64,000 nucleotides of DNA from positions 19,284,001 to 19,348,000 of the forward strand of contig NC_087437.1 in assembly GCF_036321535.1 (NCBI RefSeq), in the 5' to 3' direction. The notes beneath the pieces are model-generated. The model had not been told where the DNA came from and did not search any database. It was given only the letters and a program-made list of their open reading frames with translations. The stretch comes from Camelus dromedarius. Its lineage: Eukaryota. Position 1 is the first letter of the stretch; each line of letters starts with the position of its first letter. Positions 25,678 to 37,430 of the stretch are shown piece after piece. The translations under genes were made by a program, and so were the position numbers.

Positions 25678-26814
25678 TCTCCCAACAGTACCAAGCACGG
25701 TACTATGCATCAAGTGGATACACAGTTAATATTAGTTGATTGTATGGTGGTAGCACAAGCTCACTGCAGTGTAATATGTACCACAAGGCAGGGTGATGTG
25801 GAGGTTAATAACATGGGGTCAGGAGTTTGTAGGTCTGGTTTTGACAAGTTGTGTGACCTTGGACAAGTTGCTTCAGTTCTGAGCCTCAGTTTGCTTATCT
25901 GCAATATGGGATAATGATATTAATTATCATAGGACTGACAAAAGGATTAAATCTCTCTCTCATATATATATTTTATATATATGTATATATATACAACATA
26001 CTTTGTATACATGGTCACAGCCATAAGCCTTCGGTTAATGGCAGCTGTTAAGACTACTAATGGCATTGTTTGGAAATCACTGAAGGCCTAATTAACTCCA
26101 TGGGGGTCTACAGCCTCAAAGTAAACCTTCAACAAACACAGTCATTTCAACACCTCACAGGAGGGTTACAGGATCCAGGCAGGAGCACGTGGGTGTGTGA
26201 CCATAACTCTCACCATTCTTATCGCCATCCCACTCTCATCCCCATAAAAAACAGTGATGGGTATTTGACAATATATGTCCTCCCCAAAGCCCAAACCAAC
26301 ACGCAGATGCCTTGTCCTGCAGTTGTCAGCCACATTCTCTCCTCGTATAAATGCTTTTAGCCACTAGGCGGTGCCTGCGTCCTTCTCAGGGGCAGCACGT
26401 TGGCTCGTTAACACCGGGGAGTCAGCTCTAAAAGCCTTTAAGTGAATCTTTCGCTCTCAACCTACTGCAGAGTGTGCAAATCATTTCCTCAGCTGATTCA
26501 GATGTATTATGAGGTGCTGGGAAACCTGAGCATTCTCTCACCCTGTGGAGATTAATTACCTTGAAATATTCATTGGATTGAATGTATTTAAACAGGCACT
26601 GTTAAAACTCAGTGCTGCAAAAAGCCAAACTCAAGATCTATACTGTGGGCATTAAATAATTACCTTTATTGTGTGAAAGGGAGGGAGAGAGGGAAAAAAG
26701 GAGAGAGAAAGGGAGAAAAAAAAGGGGGCACTTATTTAGTACTAAGCAAGCCACAGGGGAGACTGACAGCAGCCCAGCGTAAAGCTTTTCACAAATCAGC
26801 TGAATTCTGGATTC

Positions 26815-26970
26815 ATCTAATACTAGAATTATGTGACCTTGGGCAAAATACTTGACCTCTCTAAGCCTCAGCTTCCCCATATGTAAAATAGGATGATGGT
26901 ACTTCAGAAGTATGAGTGTTACATGTCTACTGCATGGAAAGCCTTGGGCATGGTCTATAGTAGGCACTCA
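26815..26970 (+). mobile_element. MIR SINE
   Basis: MIR core TGTGACCTTGGGCAAAATACTTGACCTCTCTAAGCCTCAGCTTCCCCATATGTAAAATAGG. Confidence 0.75.
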
Positions 26971-27114
26971 TGCAAAACAAGATTTAGGGTTTTTTCCTTT
27001 TTTTGTTTTTTGTTTTTGCTCCTTTAATGCAGAAGAGGCCTTGGTCCTGGTTCTGTGGCCCTGCCCTTCCTTCCCTGTGTCAGGTGTGTTCCCTCAGCTC
27101 CGGGAGAAGCATTT

Positions 27115-27365
27115 GAGCACAGATGTTGGGTGCAGACTCCGGAGCCCAGCTGACCTGGTCCGCGGCCCAGCTCTGCCACACGTCAGCAGTGCGACCTTGG
27201 GCACACTTCTTAAACTCCTAGTGCCTCAGTTTCTTCTTCTACAAAAGGGGATAAGAATAGTCCCTTACCTCATAGGGTTGTTGGGTGGATCAGATGAGTC
27301 ATCGTCTGTAAAGTCGCGAGAACAGAACCTGCCTCATAGTTAGTGCTATCCAGGTGTTGGCCCTT
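27115..27365 (+). mobile_element. MIR SINE, near full length
   Basis: CCCAGCTCTGCCAC...GTGCGACCTTGGGCA...GTGCCTCAGTTTCTTC...ACCTCATAGGGTTGTTG. Confidence 0.8.
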
Positions 27366-27971
27366 GCTTTTACTTCCTGATTCCATTCAGGACTTGTGTG
27401 CATCCACCTCTTTGCTGGCCTTCACCCCAAGTAGGGGCTGTATTGCCTCCCAGTGCCCGACTCTGTCCCAGTACCATGCTGAGATTTGGAACTTCTGGAA
27501 GTCCCTATGCAGGCCTACCTTCTCCATATGGCACCTGCTCCGTGCTGTAAGCCCAGTCTCCCCTTTTTTACTCATTGAAATTTCCCCCTCCTCAATACCC
27601 TGATTTGTAGCTGCTGCAGAAAATGGAGCAAACCACATAATTCATACTAAGGTGCTAATGGCTGATTATAAGCCCCAGGGGAAGCTTATTGACTACTTAA
27701 CCCTAGTACCTAGCGGGTGCCTGAACGAAGAAAGTGGTCAATAAATATCTGTTGCAGTTGGACCTGTGGGAACACAAAACATTAGTTGAGAGCAAAGCAT
27801 TAGTCAATTAGTTAATTAATTAATTAATTAGTTGAATATAATGACTGATGGGATTTCAGACATCTTGACAGGCTGGAGAGGAGACTGTTAAAGGCAGGGG
27901 ACCCCTACCTGTGTCCCTCAGACTATGGGGGCTAGGGGAACTTCTATTTCACTTAAGTACATAGCTGTATT

Positions 27972-28870
27972 TTTTTTTAACTTTTTATTTTGAAATGAAT
28001 TTTGACTTACAGAAAAGTTATCTCCAAAAGGACCTCTCTCTCGGCTTCCCTGAAAATTAATGGTAACATCTTACCCAGCCGCAGTCCAGGGATCAAAACC
28101 ATGAAATTAACATTGGTACATGAATGTTATTATTAGCGTTATTAATTTCTGTTAATTAAGCTACAGGCCTAATTTGAATTTCATCGGTTCTTCCACTAAT
28201 GTGGACCTCACATTGCATTTAGTCACTGCATTTCCTTAGTCTCCTCCAATCTGTGACAGTTTCTCCGCCTTTTCTTGTCTTTGGTGACCTTGCCACTTTT
28301 AAAGAACACTGGTCAGTTATATTGTAGAATGTCTGCCAGCTGGGGTTGGTTGGATTACACTGAGGTTATGGGTTTTTTGGCAGGAATACCATAGAGTGAT
28401 ATGACCTTCTCAGCATCTATATCAGGGGGTAGATGATGTCAGTATGTCTTATTACTGGTGATAATTAACCTTGAGCGCTTGGTTAAGGTGTTGTCTGCTG
28501 GGTTTCTCCACCATAAAATTGCTATTTTCCCCTTTATAGCAAACAAATATCTCAGGGAAGAGACTTTGAGACTACGCAAATGTTCTGTTTCTCCTCAAAC
28601 TTTCTCACGCACATTTAAGCATCCATCAGTAGATTTTGCCTGTAGTAACTATCACGGCGGCATTTGCTTAATAGTGATTTTTAAAATATTTCTAATTTCT
28701 TCTACATTTATTTATTGGAATTCTTCTGCAAGGAAAAGCTGTCTTTTCTTCTCCATTTATTTATTTGTTCAATTAAAAATTATATCAGTATGGAATCATA
28801 AATGTTTATTTTGTTTTATGGGTTATAATTGAATGCTTTCTCGCTTGGTTCCAGTTTTGGCCACTGGGGT
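27972..28870 (-). mobile_element. L1MC4-like 3' end
   Basis: TTTTTATTTTGAAATGAATTTTGACTTACAGAAAAGTT...CACATTGCATTTAGTC...GGTTAAGGTGTTGTCTGCTGGGTTTCTCCACCATAAA. Confidence 0.75.
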
Positions 28871-29611
28871 TGCCTTTAAGTGGTGGTGTTTGTCACTTGC
28901 CCTATTTTTTTTTTTTTTTGAGCCCTTGCATAAGGTCATATTTGGTAACCATGGAGATGACCTGGGCATATCCCCTCCATCGTACACTGGGGGAAGGTCT
29001 AAGGAGGCAGGCTGCTGTTCGGGGTGGTTGGGCTTAGAAGCCAGGCGTCTTGAATGCCTCCTCTCTGCCGAGGGACCTGCTGCCTCTCCACACTCCACAG
29101 CCTTTTTTTCTTTACCACAAAATTCACGTAATCCCAGTCATCCGTCCCACTTCTGATTTCCAGGGTTCAATCCCTGGTAGGCTGGGAGACATGGCTCTCT
29201 CTCCACTTCCACCTAACATCTCCTGGAGCCAAGTGTCATGGAGGGCTGGACTTCTCTGGTGGCTCTCTGTGGCTTCCCCCAACTCCTGGCGAGCACTCAA
29301 TAGTTCTGGGAGGTAAACCTTTAGGTTATTATCATTGCTGTTGTTATAGAACTGTAACAGTAAAGCATGTCACTTTGCAGCTGGTGTGGACCGCCAGAGC
29401 TTTTTTAAAAAAGTGTGGGTACAACTTATTTCTTACTCACGCCATAATGGTTTGAATGCCAATGATGCTGGTTAAAGGAGCCAAGCAGAAAACAGTTTCC
29501 TCCACAGAGAGAGGAATAAGTGAAGAAATATCTCTGGGAAACCTTAAGACATATCCAGAGTGTGGAATGTTCTACAAGAAAGTTGGCCTGGACTCTTTAC
29601 AAAGTCAGTGT

Positions 29612-29738
29612 TGGGGATGGGTATAGCTCAGTGGTAGAGTGCACGCCTAGTATTCATGAGGTCCTGGGTTCAATCCCCAGTACTCCTATTAAAAATAAAC
29701 AAACAAACAAACCTAATTACCTCTCTCCCCCAAACCAA
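29612..29738 (+). mobile_element. vic-1-like SINE, long form
   Basis: A box TAGCTCAGTGG, B box GGTTCAATCC, tail AAACCTAATTACCTCTCTCCCC. Flanked by ACAAAGTCAGTG repeats. Confidence 0.9.
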
Positions 29739-30346
29739 AACAAAGTCAGTGAACAAAGTCAGTGTCATAAACACATAAAACAAATTACGATGTATCAGTC
29801 CTTGATGGGACTTTGGGGTGGGAGCTACCATTTCGGCATGTCTTTGCAGAGTGGGGACTCCAGTGCGGACCGGGCTCCTTCCTCAGCTGTATTCTTCAGG
29901 AATAAACTGCCCTCCAGGGAGTGATGCAGATCCCGGGCCTCACCGGACACAGGCAGGCTCTGCCTTCCCGGCTTTCCTCCCGCCCTCTCTGCCGGGCTCC
30001 GAGAAGCAGTGCCCAGTCTCTGCAGTGAAAAATGAAAGGCCAGCTCCTCTGGGGCACGTGGCTGCTCTGTGACTCTTTGCATTCTGCCCTTTCTGTGGGG
30101 TTATTCTCAGGCCAGGGGCATTACTGCCGCAGCAAGTCCAGGTGTCACACCCAGACTCGTCAACACTGCAAGAGAGAAATCTCTTTTTGCGACTCTTTCT
30201 TTAGGAACGAGGAAGCCTTTCCTACAAGGTCCTGGAAGTCTTCCCCTCAGGTCTCATTTGCTGTTCCTAAACTACATGCCCACTTCTAAACCTGTGACCA
30301 GCAAGACAATAAAGAGCAGTAATGGCTTACACCAATCACTGGGAGT

Positions 30347-30819
30347 CATTATGGGTTGAACTGTGTCCCCGTTTTCCATCCCCCAAATTTACATGCTGAA
30401 GTCTTAACCCTCGGTACTTCAGAATGTGTCCTTTTTTGGCAATAGGGTCATCGTAGATGTGATGGATTAAGATGAGGTCATACTGGAGTAAGGTGTACCC
30501 CTACTCCCATATGACTGTTGCCCTTATAAAAAGGGGACTTGGACACAGACCTGCACCAGGGAGAATGCAATGTGAAGATGAAGGCAGAGATTGGAGTGAT
30601 GCAGCAGAAGCCAGGAACGCCGGAGATGGCCAGCAAATCACTAGAAGCTAGGGGAGAGGCTGGGAACAGACTCTTCCTCACAGCCCTTAGAAGAAACCAA
30701 CCCCGCAGACACATTAATCTTGGACTTCCAACCTCTAGAACTATCAGACAATAAATTTCTTCGGTTTAAGCCACCCACATTGTGGTACTTTGTTACGGCA
30801 GCCCTAGCAAACTAATACG
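30347..30819 (+). mobile_element. MaLR solo LTR (MLT1B/C-like)
   Basis: TTATGGGTTGAACTGTGTCCCC...AAGATGAGGTCATACTGGAGT...GAAGATGAAGGCAGAGATTGGAGTGATGC...GCAGCCCTAGCAAACTAATAC. Confidence 0.85.
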
Positions 30820-31852
30820 GAGCTGAACTAGATGTTGGGGATGTCTTGCCATGATCACTACATCTGGCAACAAGTAATGAATGTTACACCAACATCTCTA
30901 AACAACATGCACCTGAAGTGTGACCTGGGCAGTATCACGAGGTAGAAAGTACCCAGGCTTTGGAATCCAAAAATCTGGGTTCCAGCAGTATCCCTGACTA
31001 GCTATGTGACCTTGGGCAAATCACTTAAGCTCGCTGAACCACTAAACTGGAAAGTTCACCACTGAACTTGAGATATCAAGTATTAGCATGGAAGTAGTCA
31101 AAGATATTCCCCTTTCCCAACCCACCAAAGAGACCCCCCACCTTTAATTTTCTACCTGCTTCTGTTCTATCCCCACCTCAGTCCTTTCTCTACCCCGCCT
31201 CCTCACCAGGAGAATTTGAGTTTGTTTCTGCAGAACTAACTGGGTGGAGAAAAACAAGACAGTAGAGGAGAGAAAAGGAAGAGGAAGAACCTGGGCTCTG
31301 GGAAAGGAGATCTAGAGAATAAAGAGTTGAGAGAAAGAAAAGAGGGCATGAAAAAAATAAGTTGCAAAGACCACAAGTAGAGAGAGAATTTTGAGAGCCT
31401 TTTGGCTAGGGAGGGGCTGCAGAGAGAGTGGAATATGAGAGAATTAGGAAGGAGAGAAAACATATTTCCAAGGAGATTTGCTTGCGGTGATGGGTTGGAT
31501 TCACCTTTGTATTTTACAAAAGGTTCTAATAAAGAACATCATTCCTGAGTCTAGAGAGAGAATGAAGTTGGATCACAATCTCAGCTTCCTGGGCTGCTTA
31601 ACCAAAGAATCCCCAAATTAAAGCCAACCTCCCCTACCAGCACCCCCACCCGCCATGAATAACCAGCAGCAGCCAATCAAGGAAAGGAGCACAGCCTCGT
31701 GCCCGAGAGTCTGAAGAGTGATGGTCAAGGAACAAAGCAGAGAAGTCTGGCTTGACTTGCCATGACTCATGTACTTTCCAGAAGAATTCAAGCCCACAAA
31801 ATTCTGAGAATTTGCACAAATATACCCCAATCTGGAGCAAGAGTGACCAAGG

Positions 31853-32059
31853 CAGGGCTGCCTAGTTAGATTTGAATTTCAGATAGAATGAATAATTCTT
31901 TAGTGTATGCTCCATGCAATATTTGGGACACACCTATGCTAAAAAATTATTTTTTGTTTATCTGAAATTCAAGTTTAACTGGGAGTCCTGGTATTATTAT
32001 TATTGTTATTATTATTATTATTCTCATCATGATTATTTTGGTTAAATCTGGCAACACTA
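31853..32059. mobile_element. MER53 palindromic hAT MITE
   Basis: Ends CAGGGCTGCC...CTGGCAACACTA. Internal inverted repeat TTGAATTTCAGATA / TATCTGAAATTCAA around TGCAATATTTGGGACA. Confidence 0.8.
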
Positions 32060-32967
32060 GATGGAGGTCATGAGCAGATACTCTGTAGAAAATTAAAAGC
32101 AAAACTTAAGAGCCTCAAGTAGTATCCTCTAACTACCCTAGGAAGATCTCATTGGCAGCAGGGCTCACCATGCCTTAGCATCCTTTCTGAAGAGGGTGGG
32201 AGGGGTCATTCTAAAATCTTAGGAGAGCTGCCTGTAGCTTAAATAAAAATCCCAGTAGAGAGAGCCAAAGTCTTCTAGGCTTCATGTGACTTGTACAAGA
32301 GTCTTCCTCCCTACTGTACCCTTAGGATATAAAAAAATTGGAGAGACTTGCATTACCCCAGCTTCTAGAGCTTGGAGAAGACAAACAGCCTTTGGGGACA
32401 GTGGGACAGAGCCCATGAAGGAAGGTTTTTCAAGGCTATTGACATTATAATGACCAAAATAAGAAGAAATGTATAAACATGTAAACATGAAAGCAGGCAA
32501 TACATAGAAGGGAAAGCATAGATGAAGAACCCTGCCTGGAAGAGACGCCAAGGAATAAAAGAAAATCCCCTCTGGCCATTTTGAGGCAGCTGTTTTTGTC
32601 CAGTTGGCTGTTCACCAGATTTTTGTAACAATGAAAGAAAAGGAAAAGAAAGAAGTGGCCTTAGATCTTTGATTGGCCCTCGACTTCTGAGAATTCATGT
32701 CTAAGGAGAGAATGAAAAAGTGCCCTCCAAAAACAGAGACAATATATGTTCAAGGACATTTGTTCTACTGTTGTTTATAATAGTAAACAAAAATGATCTG
32801 TATTGTCAGAAATCGGTTGAGTAAATGATAGAAACTCGTACAGTGGAATACCAAGCAGTTGAGATTGAAGATTGGGACCTGCATATTTCTATTTCCGAGA
32901 GAAAATAATCAGGATATGGAGCAACATGTAAAGGAAGACCCCTTTGATGCTGATCTGCATATCTGCA

Positions 32968-33122
32968 GGGGGGAGGGTGTAGCTCAGTGGTAGAGCGTGT
33001 GCTTAGCATGCACAAGGTCCTGGGTTCAATCCCCAGCATCTCTGTAAACAAACAAACAAACAAATAAATAAAGGAATAAAAAACCTAATTACTGCCCCCC
33101 AAAAAAAGTTAAAAAAAAAAAA
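32968..33122 (+). mobile_element. vic-1-like SINE, long form, well preserved
   Basis: Intact A and B boxes, AGC anticodon loop (CTTAGCA), polyA. TSD GATCTGYATATCTGCA at 32952-32967 and 33123-33138. Confidence 0.92.
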
Positions 33123-36100
33123 GATCTGTATATCTGCAACTGTGTGCTGAAGTTTGGAAAACTGCCTAAGAGAGTGTTTTCCAAGATGTTATCGACGGCT
33201 GTCTCTGGGTGATGGGATTTCACATTTTTTGCCCTTCTCTGCAGTCCTCTGTATGGAGTTGACTTTTTCTTTTACATTATATGTATATTGATTTTATTTA
33301 AAAAAAAAAAAAAAGCTTGTACCCCTGTTCTGCCTTCCTTGAGCTCAGGGGACTTGCAAGATTGCTACAGTCCTCTGGTGTGAGAGGCACCAGGTCACAT
33401 TTGCTTTGTCATGAGTGGCCAGACACCTTGCCCGGCCTTAGAACAGTTCTATAGCCCCGAGCCCTTGGGAAGATTCAGCAACAGCTGCTGGACCTGAAGC
33501 CACCAATGACCACGCGGCAGGCAGCTGTTGGGACACTGGACTTGCGGCAGATGAATTGTTTTGGGAAGTAGAATGGGATGGTGGAAGAGTAAGAACCTGG
33601 CAACTTATTGGTCAGGCAACCTCGGGGGATTATTTTTCCTCTCTAGCCTTAGTTTCCCTGTCCATAAAATGCAGATAATGGAACTGACATTATAGGGTCA
33701 TTGTAGGAATCAGATAAAATAATATACCTGAAAGATAGTAAATGTCAGTTTCCCTCTTTAAGGTCTTTCCATTGTGCTGTTAAAATTAGATTTTTTATTT
33801 TATTGATGATTGGACCTTGGGCTGAGGGCAAAGTTACGTGGAAATGTTCGTCGTGGATAAATGCCCTCCCTGTCCCGCGATCTATAGCCATACTTCTAGG
33901 CTTCAACACACTTTAGGATTTCACTACTGGTGGGAGGCTTAAAACTCAATTATTTGTTTCCAGAACTTGATTTCCCTGTGCATTATCTTATTTGATATGT
34001 GGGAAACAAGAGAATTCTACTGTAATTTCTATGAATAGAGCATGATTAAACAGTTGTCAGAAAATCAGAACAGAAGGGAACGCTTTGCACTCAAAAGGCT
34101 GGTAATCAGCGAGGAGAGGTCAGAATGGTTCCTGTCATCTGAAATGAAACAGGGTTTCCATTTCCCTCCCCCGAGGGGTGACAGACTTTGGTTCCCAGCT
34201 CTCCATCTCTGGGTTTCAGCTCAATTGAACAGCAGAGTCAGCCTGCTGCCCTGGGCGGAAACACAAGTTGAGCACATTTGATCAATTCTAGCTTATTTGG
34301 AACAGCAATCTGGATTTTGAAAAACAATTAAGATGAGTTAACCAGCCCTCCACACTGTCTTTGGAGGTACAGTCTGTCCTAGGGTAAGGCAAAAACATTC
34401 TCTCTTTGAAGTCAGCTAATACAAGAATACAGCAAAATGGAATTGGTCACCGGCTCAGAGTTTGGAAACAACGTTTACAACAAAGACTATTTTATGGCAA
34501 CTCGTCTATCAAAGCAGTGAACTCAAAGAGCTGAGTTCCACTTCAGACACCAAGTCTGCAGCCATGGAATCCAGGATCGATCAGAGCAAATAGCACACCT
34601 GCACACAGTCCAGGGAATGGCTCCCGCAGATGACAGTATCTGCATTTTTCACTGAAGTTAGTGTTTTGAAAAGGTGGATATACAAATGAACCTAGACGTG
34701 TGCTTAGACCAGGGGACTCAAAATTTTTAAATGTATGAAAATCCACGTTATAGCCTTTCCAAGTCAAAGTCCCTCCACCAGGTAAATTTCACCTCTGTTG
34801 GGTGGGTGTGCATCTGCATGGGGCTTGACAATATCTTAACCCTCATCAGTATCCTCAGTGTGGGAACAGGGAAGCAAGGGAGCTTTTAGGAGAACTGTGT
34901 CTTGGGTTGAACACGCTTAGGAAGTGAGGAGGCTGATGACTCCACCACCACCAAGTGCTCAAGCACTGAGAACAAGCTCTTCAGAATTTTTGTCATTGGT
35001 AACCATGGGATTAGTAACTTGGCCCCTATTGTGAGTGATTTTGTGTGTGTGTGTGTGCACGCACGTGTGCATGCATGCACAAACATTAAGTAGACTAAGA
35101 GAACAGAAATAAAAGATTCCAAACAGTTAATTGCCCAATTAGCTGTCCTCGCAATTATGGGAATGTGACATTTAGTTCAAAACGCAATGATTGTTTAAAT
35201 TAAATTGCCCATTTTGAAAGCGTCTTCCTGGCTCAGTCGCCATGCCAACTGGTTCTGACAGTGGTGCCCTCGCTTTGAGAAGCAGGAACAATAGCCTCCC
35301 TCACGCCAAGCCCCAGTCTGCTTTCTTAATTAACAAAGTTGAAACCTGCGAGGGAAAGGGCTGTGGTTGGGAGCTGCGGGCTCAGCTAGACTCCCTTTTC
35401 AGTAATTTCTCAGGCTTGAGGGTGGCCTGCCTGGCCTCTGCATCTGAGGAAACATTGCAGAGGGAGGCAGGACAGGGCCAGCCTGACTGATCAGGGATGT
35501 TGTTGTGCAATCAACCAAAGGTCTCTATTCAAAGCAGGGTGGTGTATGGATGAAAATGAAAGACAAGTGAATATGAGCAAAATCTCAGGTTCTAGATTCA
35601 ACAACATCACTGATGGAAGTCCAGCTGGATTCTTACCAGCATCTCCCACTGGCATCCAGAAATCCCAAAGGAGACAGAACCTGAACACATTCCTTCCTCC
35701 TCTTTGTTTGCAAGTATCCAGACTCATGGACTGACCTGCTTGTCTACCCAGGGTCCATCTCTAGGACGCATAAGAATCTTGGTATTTTTTTTGGCTTCCT
35801 TCCCCCTGGCATCATGCCCACCCACTGCCCACCCATAAAGAGAGCACAAACTGAACACAATGGGGCCCCTGCTGTTCCCACAGGCATCATTTTCACATCC
35901 CTGAGCTCAGAAAGAAGGGGCGGAGGGGAATCAGGATTCTGAAGGACACTGAGACCTCCTCCTGGACGGGCTTCTTCTGTCCTGGGTGGCAACTCAGGTC
36001 CCAGAGCCCAGGGAGGGCTCTGTACCCATGTGAACATTTAACAAATGCAAGCTTATCTGACAAGGTGCCCCTGAGAAAGCCCTATTGGCCAACACTTCTG

Positions 36101-37074
36101 CTCTCCTGCACTATGAACTGCGTGTTCAACATGCACGTTATAGATGTGAACCAGCTCTTGCTTAAGAGTGGGGGTGGGGTCGGGGTCAGGGTCGGGGTGG
36201 GCTTTTGGATCTGGGTTTATTGCAGGCTCTGCTGCTTTGCAGCTGGGGGAACTTGGGCCAGTTCCTTAAACGTCCTGAACAGCAGGGAGCCTCGTCTATA
36301 AAATGGGGATAAAAAATAGTTATGGCGTCACTGTGAGGACCAAGTAAGTAAATGAATGGGCGGTTCCCAGCACTGTGCCTGGCACCTGGTAAGTACTCAA
36401 AAAGGGTAGCCTTTATCCCTCTATATTTATAATTCCTTTCAAAAGGATGGCTCAGTGTCCAAGCCGGGGCTCAGAGAGGATCCTTCAACCCCTCAGCCTT
36501 GCCCAGACCCTGGGGCCTGGAGGCCGAGACACAGGCCAACTGGCCCATGTTATGGTCCACCCTCCACGAGGCCTCCAGCAGGGTCTTTCTAAAAATGGAA
36601 TATAAAACATATCTTTCATACAACTTGAAGCTCTTCAGTGGATGCCACTGACCACGGGATAGGGGCAGGGCCTCTTGCAAGACAGAGGGTCCCTCTGAGT
36701 CACAGAGGGCCTGGGTGAGGGCCGGAGCAGAGGCAAGTGTCCCAGCCCAGCTGAGGAGACTGCCCACCAGGGGGCCTGCATGGGTCCGGGTCCAGGGTTC
36801 AGTCCAGGTCTAGAGAAGACTCAGGAACAGAACGGAAACAGAGATCTGGGGCAAGGATTTCAGGACCTAAGGCAGGCTGGGAGGAGGGGAGGTCCTGTGT
36901 GATGGCAGGACATGAGAGTGACTGTTGATCCTGAGGTAAGGGGTGGGGATGGTGACCTCCCCCTGTCCCACCACTGTGTGGCCTCTTTGCTTCCTAGCAC
37001 ATGAGAAGAAGTGTGGCGGGTTCTGCGAGAGCCTCCGTGGCTGGCGTGAGAAAGAAGCCCTCCCTGTGGGCAGT

Positions 37075-37430
37075 GAAGTGAAGACGCCTGGGTTGCAAGT
37101 CCCAGAAACTCCAATTCAAATGGGCTTGAAAAGTAGGGCTATTTGTTTTCTCACGATTCTTGAAGTCCAGGGGGAAGGCAGGCTCCAGGTGGCTCAGTGA
37201 TGTTGTCAAGGATGCGAGCTGTCCTTGTGTATCAGCTCTGCCATCCTTGCCCTGGGCATCCTCTGAGGATGTCCACCAGGGCGGCCCCCTGCCCCAACCA
37301 TGAAATATAAATCTTTCCCTTCAGCTTGACTGGGCAGTTTAGACCAGACCAATAACATGGTTTCCCTCTGGAGCTGAGTGATCCCAGAATAAACTTGAGA
37401 CTGGACTGGAAGTGGGGCAAGGGAGGATTG
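37075..37430 (-). mobile_element. Old MaLR LTR (MLT1J/K/L-like)
   Basis: GGTTGCAAGTCCCAGAAACTCCAATTCAAATGGGCTT...GAAGTCCAGGG...CAGCTCTGCCATCCT pattern. Confidence 0.55.

Noticed and set aside
32968..33045. Apparent tRNA-Ala(AGC) genes here and at six similar sites
   Set aside because: They have A-rich tails, mostly TSDs, and a disrupted acceptor stem, so they are SINEs rather than tRNA genes.
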